Source of the DNA: Octopus sinensis
Taxonomy: Eukaryota
Length of the DNA: 64,000 nt
NCBI RefSeq assembly: GCF_006345805.1
Contig: NC_043005.1
Span: 38,998,001-39,062,000 of the forward strand
Reading direction: 5' to 3'
Position numbers and translations under genes: made by a program. The notes beneath the pieces were generated by a model. The model was not told the DNA's origin. It saw nothing but the letters and a program-made list of their open reading frames with translations, and did no database searches. This document shows, in pieces, positions 55,507 to 64,000 of the stretch; position 1 is the first letter of the stretch; every line of letters starts with the position of its first letter.

Positions 55507-56531
55507 TATCGGGTCTAGTCAAATAATTTCTGCTTTTCCGAAGTAAATTGTAACGACGCATTTCGAACTACCATTTTTAGAAGAACTTTATTTCTCACTC
55601 ATATGAAAGCTGTTAAAGTGTGAACAGTGACAGCTAACTAAAAAATAGCCTGTATGGCCAAGGTGTCATTACTGATAGATTAGTTTTCAAAGTTTCGTTC
55701 CGGAGATTTATCATTGAGAAATCAACCCAGATCAGGACGCTGATTAGACTTCGATCAAAATGCTGTAAGAGAATTAATAGAATGCAATCCTCATAAAAAT
55801 ACTTGAGAATTAGCAATTGACCTCAATACATCCCAATCCAGCTTTTGCCGCCACTTGGAAAAGATAGGGAATCTCAGCTTGGGGTTCTCATACTCTTTAG
55901 TGCGAAAAACAAAGATTGCATATCCATAACGACAAGTTTTCTTTCAAGGCAAAGAATTTATCTGTTTCTCAATTACAGGAGATGAAAAATGAGACTTTTA
56001 TGACAATAGTAAACGCGAAAGGAAGTGGATTAACAAGAATAAATCTCTACAACCTACCTCAAAGGCTGGACTCCAGGGAAGGAATTTTATGTAGTGTGTA
56101 TGGTGGGATCAGCGCGGTATTATTCATTTTGAGATTTTAAACCACAACCAAAGACTAAATGCCGATTTATACTTTCAACAGCTGCAACTTTTACTTGAAA
56201 ATCTTTTAAGCACACGTCAACAGATGAAACGTTATGCTGCTTCAAGATAACGCAAAACCACATTCAGCAAGAATCACGAAGGATAAAATATTTGATTTGG
56301 GCTGGTCGGTTCTATCCAATCCACTATATTTACCAGATCTTTCACCAACTGATTTCTATATTTTTCGGTCTCTACAAAATGCTCTGATGGGGAAAATATT
56401 CTTTTCTGTGGGATCAGATGAAAACGCATGTGGAAAGCTTATAAAGATAATTTTAAACAGTACTTTGTAAATATTTTTCATGACTAAAGGTGTTTAACAA
56501 GATCTGAATTTTTTAATGACTCAACCCAATA
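55507..56531 (+). mobile_element. Mariner element, near full length, degenerate transposase with both TIRs
   Basis: ORF 56234-56470 has LLQDNAKPH...LGWSVLSNPLYLPDLSPTDFYIFRSLQNAL, with ITGDEK upstream. Left TATCGGGTCTAGTCA matches the reverse complement of right TGACTCAACCCAATA. Confidence 0.85.
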
Positions 56532-56751
56532 TATATGTATGTATGTGCAGGTGAACAGGTAAATATGTGTGTGTATCGTGTGTGTATATGTACAGGTTGA
56601 TATACATACATTTGTATGTTAATGTATGTTTGTATACTTATACATACATACATATAGATATATCCCATATGTATATATTTACGGGAAGATAGATAAATAA
56701 ATCGATGAAGAACCTCATTTTCATATGTCCATATGCATAGGCAGAAGTACG

Positions 56752-56782
<31 letters not shown>

Positions 56783-56861
56783 ATGTATACCTCTCTCTCA
56801 CTCTCTCTTTATATATATGTACATACATACCCATGTATATGTTAATGTATGTATACACACG

Positions 56862-56904
<43 letters not shown>

Positions 56905-57649
56905 CATACATATAGGAATATATGTGTGTATAAACACTTATCTACATCACCTGATTGTATCAACTTAACGCTATTTTTCTATATTACATACTTTACTGTA
57001 TTACAGAGTGTATGCCTAACTATATCATATTATTAATATTTAACTATATTACTGCGAAATTTATTTATCTATCTTCTATATTATCATTTTGGAGACATTC
57101 TCTAATGAATAACAATTGTATTTTCAACAAGTGATTCTATGTCTTGTGTGTGTTTGGTTTACCATAGATTATATAATACTGGAAGAGTTGTATGCAGCAG
57201 GTGCAGGTTTCAGTCGAATGCGTGATAATGCTAATCTCGTAACGAACAATTAGGTTCGTGAAGCTAACAGCTTTCATGTTTCTAACTAGATTTATTTATA
57301 ACTTGGGTCATTTATATATAATTTACAACATCACACATACTGTCATGCATATGTATAATACACGTTACAGAATGAGAATATCCCGTGCTGTTATATTGCA
57401 TTCTATGTTATTTTTCTGTCCTGCCATAAAAGCCTATAATTCCTTTGTGTTTTCCCTTCTAATTTAGTTGGGATTTGTTAGGAGCTTTGTGGGTGTACGA
57501 AGAGCTTCTTTCTAACTTGTTGATATATTTTCAGTTTAAATCAAATTTGGATATCTGCTCATTCTTAACAGACTTTCCTTCGTAGTAATTTTACAAAATT
57601 TAATATTCTTCGTGCCTGACTTCTCTAGCTTACTTATCCATGCACTCAC

Positions 57650-57721
57650 GCATACAAATGAGTCTAAATATATCCGTAATCCTCATCAGCCAAAGTCGCA
57701 GACGATATTTCAAGTCGTTGG
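57650..57721 (-). CDS. Candidate coding exon (72 nt, phase 1 to 1)
   Basis: TTGCATTGCAG acceptor, TGC|GTGAGT donor, and single open frame NDLKYRLRLWLMRITDIFRLICM. Confidence 0.35.
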
Positions 57722-57967
57722 CTGCAATGCAATGTTATATATATATATATATACTTGACCAGCAAGGGGAAGAGGCTGACCTCCCCAGTTCGAAGGTTAT
57801 AATGGACACAGGTTAGTGTGTCACATAGCTAACTAAAGGCGATGGCCTCTTGGAGCTAATCAGCGGCAGCATTCGTCCTATATTTCTGGACTGCCACATT
57901 AGCTTGGCGATAACTATTAATATCCAGTACCGCTGCTGAAGTCTCTTTTAGAGAGACTGAGAAATAA

Positions 57968-58088
<121 letters not shown>

Positions 58089-58098
58089 CATACATACA

Positions 58099-58132
<34 letters not shown>

Positions 58133-58179
58133 CATACATACATACATACATACATGCATACATACAAACAAACATATAC

Positions 58180-58230
<51 letters not shown>

Positions 58231-58342
58231 TAATCCAAACAAGAAAACACAGAAAAAAAGAGAAAAAAGAGAAAAAAACACAGCAACGCAGGACGTGGAA
58301 CAATTAAAGTATTATTGACGCTCAGAAAAGAAGGGAAGGAGG

Positions 58343-58377
58343 GTTTAACGTTTCGAGCGGAGCTCTTCGTCGGAAAC
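58343..58377 (-). ncRNA. Very small hammerhead variant (C at position 4, extra A after A9)
   Basis: GTTT-CCGACGA-A-GAGC-TCC-GCTC-GAAA-CG-TT-AAAC. 4-bp stem I, 4-bp stem II, palindrome ACGT, GUU triplet. It lies within a ~190-nt fragment (58225-58415) bounded by (TA)n. Confidence 0.55.
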
Positions 58378-58814
58378 AAGGAGAAGGAAAGATCCCAAGG
58401 AGGGAAGACAGAGGAGATATATATATATATATAAGGTAAGCAGAGTTATATGAAACCGACTAAGGGGTGAAGTATCTATATTTACTATCGGTATCAGTTA
58501 CCTGTGTTGTCATGTCATGTTTTGTATTAAAAAATAATCTACAGATGAGGCCCAATTGATTTCTTTGTTGATCTAAAGTTTTCTCCATTTTCTGATTACT
58601 TATATATGTATATACTGAGAGAGAATATGAGGGGTTTAGCTCACTTTTGATCTAAACGAATAGGTACGCTGAGTAAGGGCTATGGTTGGTCGACCATTAG
58701 GTTCCAAGATCACAGCTAGGGCTGGATTTATGGATCCGCGTCAGGGATCCGGTATCCAAGAAACAGCTGCAAGCACTTCAAATTCACCTTACCCTAATTA
58801 GATTTTATTTTTCG

Positions 58815-59099
58815 TCTAATATAATTTGTATACGTAAATGTGTAATGGTGTCTGTCTGTGTGTGTTTGGGGTCACTCTAACTCCTCCCACATAGTTCAAC
58901 CGATTGTAATGATGTTTGGCACATAGGTATGTCACACGTCCTGAAGTTCAAATACGGCCATAATTTTTTCGAAGACTCGATTTTTGTGAGCTCAATCGGG
59001 CGTTTGAATGGAACTTCTCATAACGATGTTATTTTTCCTGCAACACGGAACCAAACAAGTGCTTGGAGGAGGTTGTGCTGCTCTGGGTCAAGAGGCTAG
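58815..59099 (+). mobile_element. Possible decayed non-autonomous Helitron
   Basis: TC-TAATATAAT...TGTCTGTCTGTG start resembles Helitron 5' ends, and there is a CTAG at 59096-59099. The hairpin is poor and the A|T flanks are absent. Confidence 0.3.
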
Positions 59100-59644
59100 C
59101 CGCTGGAAGACCCTACATCTGGCATCTAAATGGGTATGTAAATATGTATGTTTGTATGTGTGTGTGTGTACTCAACGTACCATGAATACGAACAAATGCG
59201 GCCGAATATCGTACTCGTTGAGCATATATAACTGTTTCATACACATACACATACACAGACACATACACAGATACACAGACACTCACATACGCACACACAC
59301 ACACACACACCAATATATATATACATATGTATTAGTATATATGTGTGTGTGTGTTTTTGTGGTCGGTGGGGATGGATGTGAGTGAAATTCGACCGTCGCA
59401 TGCAGGTGTTAAGTTAAATAGAAATAATAAACAGAACATTGCTACTTCTTTATAATATAAAATTTATGCGCTTATACTCATATCCATACGTGATTAAATG
59501 TATGTGTGTGAGTGTGTTTGTGTGTGTGTGTGTTAACATACATTCCCAAATCCTGTCATTAATCAGCAAATAAATACACAATAAAATATATCCATGCTGC
59601 TAGCAATACCTTGGCTACTATATGTAAGGTGAATAGAATTTGCG

Positions 59645-60062
59645 AAGACGGCGAACTGGCAGACACGTCAGCGCGCCGGGCGATATGGTTAGCGTTATTT
59701 CGTCCGCCACTACGTTCTGAGTTCAAATTCCGCCGAGGTCAATTTTGCTTTTCATCCTTTCGGTGTCGATAAATTAAGTACCAGTTACACACTGGGGTCG
59801 ATATAATCGACTTAATCCGTTTGTCTGTCCTTGTTCCTCTTCTCTGTGTTTAGATCCCTGTGGGTAGTAAAGAAATAGGTATTTCGTCTGTCGTTACGTT
59901 CTGAGTTCAAATTCCGCCGAGATCGACTTTGCCTTTCATCCTTTCGGGGTCGATAAATAAAGTACCACTTTCGCCCTGGGGGGTCAATGTAATTGAGTTA
60001 ATCCTTTTGTCTGTCCTTGTTTGTCCCCTCTATATTTAGCCCCTTGTGGGCAGTAAAGAAAT
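59645..60062 (+). mobile_element. Meta-domain-type SINE with tandem partial dimer
   Basis: Two copies of GTTCTGAGTTCAAATTCCGCCGAG...TTTCATCCTTTCGG(T/G)GTCGATAAA...GTACCA, which resembles the MetaSINE central domain. Confidence 0.7.
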
Positions 60063-60343
60063 ATATAATAATCATTTGTAGCACGTGCTTAGATGTATTC
60101 GGGAATCGTAGAAAGTAGACTATGACGCAAACCATTTATATGTAATAAACGAATAGGAATTATTAAGAGCAATCCTGGTTGGCAACATTGGAGGTGCTGA
60201 AGACTTTATGATCCGTGGTCGAAATCTGAAAGGAAAGACATACGACAACGACTTGATATCATTAATTAAAAAATAAAATAGCCGCCGTAGTAGAAGCTGC
60301 AGCAAGAGCAGCAATACCAGTAACTGAAGCAACAACAGCAGCA

Positions 60344-60535
60344 GTGGAGGTGCAATGGCTCAGTGGTTAGGGCAGGGGACTTGCGGTCGTAAAAACGCGG
60401 TTTCGATTCCCAAACCGGGCATTGTTGGTGTTTATTGAGCAAAAACACCTCAGCTCTACGAGGCTCCGGCGGGTGAGGGTAGTGAACCCCGCTGTACACT
60501 TTCACCACAACTTTCTCTCATTCTTTCTTCCTACT
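60344..60535 (+). mobile_element. SINE family B, 5' part
   Basis: GTGGAGGTGCAATGGCTCAGTGGTTAGGGCAG...GGTTTCGATTCCC. Confidence 0.75.
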
Positions 60536-60690
60536 TCTGCTACAAAGCAGAGGAACCCTGTTGTAACCCACTATGGTGTGGTAAACATTCAGACCCTAGT
60601 CTAGATTGCGAATCCTCTGTATCCCATTATTAACTATAACTATAGTTATAGTTAATATCTAACTTTACGATAGGCAAATTCCAGCATACT

Positions 60691-60756
<66 letters not shown>

Positions 60757-60760
60757 GTGT

Positions 60761-60955
60761 ATACATACATACATACATACATACATACATACATACATAC
60801 ATACATACATACATACATACATACATACATACATACATACATACATACATACATACATACATACATACATACATACATACATACATACATACATACATAC
60901 ATACATACATACATACATACATACATACATACATACATACATACATACATACATA
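60761..60955. repeat. (CATA)n microsatellite; representative of dozens of (TA)n, (GATA)n, (CA)n, (GA)n and (AAT)n tracts in the window
   Basis: Perfect tetranucleotide array. Confidence 0.98.
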
Positions 60956-61612
60956 CTGAATGAGGAAAATGGAAAATGAAGTTTGCAAGGATCTCTATTC
61001 AACACAACCATCGTTTCGATCCATCCTGCATCTATCCCTTTCGGGTGGGATACTGTACAATTGGTTGTGATGCATCTATCAATGCAGAATACATCTAATA
61101 GTTTGTCTTATTTTAAATAATATATTTCGCTACATATAGTCAATGTCGCTTGGCAAAACTAGGAATGACATTAGGTAGCCTAAACAGTGAATGTGCTTTA
61201 ATCAGCGTACTACTAATCATATACCCAAGGTCTAAATAATTACTTGTGTGCATGTGTGTGTGTGTTTGTGTGTCTTTGTATATGTATGGGTGTATGTATA
61301 TGTACATAAATGCTTCGCTTAAGGTATTGAGAAATTTGAATAAGTACTTAAGAAAGAGATGTTATGTTAATCGCATCTCCTCCTTGCAATGCTTATCACG
61401 TCCATCCAATAAACGAAAGATGTGTTGATCGATACCCGTAAGTTTACTTCGTTAATGTTTTTCCGGCTTCAAGCTGGGGCATATTAGCCTATATACACAG
61501 TACTGTAGTTCCATTTGTATAGTAGCAGTTTCAGATATACATATAGACACAGAATTACATAGTCATAGGTGAAATAGCATGAATGCAACAACACGAATAG
61601 GAGATAGACACT

Positions 61613-61915
61613 GGCATTCTGCCGGTTACGACAAGGGTTCTAGTTGATCCGATCAACGGAACAGTCTGCTCGTGAACTTAACGTGCAGGTGGCTGGGCAC
61701 TCCACAAACACTAATGCCCTTCGTGTAGTTCTCAGGAAGATTCAGGGTGTCATAGAATGTCACATGGCTGGCCTTTTGAATTGCAGACACAACTCATTTT
61801 TGCTAACTTAATGGACTTGAGTTGCATCAAATAAAGTGCCCAGCCCAAGGATACAGCGTACCAGCGGGAATCAAAAGCACGACTTTACGATCCTGAGATG
61901 AATATTCTAACTACG
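61613..61915 (-). mobile_element. SINE with family B body (diverged head)
   Basis: GGTTACGAC...GATCCGATCAACGGAACAGTCTGCTCGTGAA is shared with the 8.3-kb copy. Confidence 0.7.
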
Positions 61916-62006
61916 TGCTTTCAAACAAACAACCAAACACACACACACGTCCACGCACACATAAACACACATTTACATATATATAAGTGCATGTGTATAT
62001 ATATAA

Positions 62007-62091
<85 letters not shown>

Positions 62092-62094
62092 CGC

Positions 62095-62125
<31 letters not shown>

Positions 62126-64000
62126 ATGGATTTATACATACGTAAATAAATACGTATCCATTTACAGATGTATGATATACGTAGGTGTATGCGTGTTCCT
62201 GTGCACGCAAACAATATCTATGTTTGCATTTCAGTAATTCTTTATCGTTAATGTCCCAAATCTAAGTAAGCTGATCGCGTTGTACAGTCTTGAAACCAAT
62301 TTCGTAAATGTATTTCACAGACTTTTCATATATTTGGTAATATTCCATATTGGAATAGTTATTGCTCTCATAGTAGAAAGTAGAGCTTTTCAAAAACTAA
62401 ATGTATCTGAGTGAACTAGCCGCAAAATAACTACTCTGTATATGGTGCACAGTCAATGATATTTTAATAATATTTATACACACAAAAAACACTAAAAAAA
62501 TTGTCAGTCTTTCTGCATACTGTAAGATTTAAGATGTGATTCTTTCGGTAAACTAAACTTTTTCTATAAGAAGAAACTGATATCGATCATCTGATAATTT
62601 GTGATCAAAGACGGTATGAAGTAGCCAGATCTATGCACATCATTCATTGATGGGGAAAGTAGTCACATTGTGAATCATTCAGTGACGGTGACCGAGGATG
62701 TAATTCATCCCGATATATGAATCGATCATTCGTGGTGAAAGAGAGTATTAGATTAGCATATCTGTGTATTACTCCTTGACACTCAATAACAATGTAACAT
62801 GTCCAGAACGATGAATCGAGAGTCATTGACAGTCAAGGACTTTATAAGAAGGCCAGATCTAGAAATCAGCCGTTGAGAAAAGTAAAGACTTTTCTAGTTA
62901 ACAGTATAGATGCAGCCATAGCTGTGTCGATGATGTATTGGCTTCCTATCTACGCCTTATAGGGTTCGATCCTCCTATCCAGCACATAATCTTCTTTCGA
63001 CCAATTTTTTTATGAAAGAAATTTGGAAAGCAGCAACTGTATGGAAGCCTGTATGTCCAAGTGTACCTGTTCTAGTGGGTTTTTCGTTCTCTGTAGCTTG
63101 GTCTCGCGCTTCATCCTGGACTTTGGATGCCCCTAGCAGAGAACATCCTGTTGCAATCATTCAGGTTATGTTTTTTTCTGAAGGTCAGTTTTCTTCTGCA
63201 CAGTTCATGAGATCCTGTAGGTGTTATACATACGCTCCTGATTCTTAAGAAACTTAGGATCGTCTGCACCAACACTAATTAATCCACTCTATAAAAAAGT
63301 TTGATAAATTAAACTGCGAGGAATAAAGTATCATACATTCATGTTTCTTGCATTTGCCTAAGGGTGTGGAAGAGAAAGAAAAAGGCTATCGCTTCTGTTG
63401 TGAGCCAGTAAATAAATATTTTCGTACCTCCACAATCAAAGCCACTGTATTATTTGTTCCCGACTTCCAGATGAGGAGCAGAACCAGAACCATAAACTGT
63501 ATTGCTCACAGTAATTAAGCTTCAGAAACTATTCTATGGAATAAATTGATTTATCTTGCGTGGGTTTAAGATAACCAATTCTATTCACCATAAATTCCAT
63601 CAAAGAGAGTGTAAGATAACCGAATTAATAAAGAGCCAAATTTGCCGTTTTCCGACGTCGAAATGTAAAGTCACTGACTCATTTCTGTGATAAAAACCTT
63701 AGATAAATCTTGGTTTCTTTTCAGCAAGTTTATGCTAATTGATCTTTTTCTTTTATAGTTTAAATATGAACAATCATGATTCTTCTGGCGCTGAGAAATA
63801 GCATGTTATATTAATAGCATAAACGAAAATGAAGTAGTATCTATCAGGAATTGATATTGCATTAAGTTGAATTCATACGGAGCTGACAAATATCTTGCTC
63901 TTTAACATTTCAATTGTTTCCTTTACGTCTATCGCAAAACACAGGTCCCACAAAGCCTCTTTTACTCTTTTTACTCTTTTTACTTGTTTCAGTCATTTGA

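Overview
AT-rich, microsatellite-saturated eukaryotic DNA. The tRNA-derived SINE families and the density of (TA)n/(CA)n/(GATA)n repeats suggest an octopus-type cephalopod (inference). Almost all ORFs in the supplied track are microsatellite translations. The recognisable content is mobile DNA: a 5'-truncated Penelope-like element (RT plus C-terminal GIY-YIG, minus strand, 30.5-34.3 kb) with a 1.4-kb inverted copy of its own 3' region; an L1/Tx1-type LINE relic; RLE-type LINE 3' ends; a decayed Helitron helicase and a complete non-autonomous Helitron; several mariner relics and MITEs; and many SINEs. The main finding is seven hand-folded minimal type I hammerhead ribozyme motifs from five families, each next to a (TA)n tract. 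They show three versions of the catalytic 3:8 pair (C:G, U:A, G:C). Two families sit in fold-back palindromes, and two otherwise dissimilar families have AATAAA inside loop 2 and the same GU-rich 10-mer downstream of the predicted cleavage site. Several splice-bounded open segments suggest an unidentified minus-strand multi-exon gene. A near-identical duplicate next to the N gap suggests an assembly or haplotype artefact. All alignments, translations and folds were done by eye.
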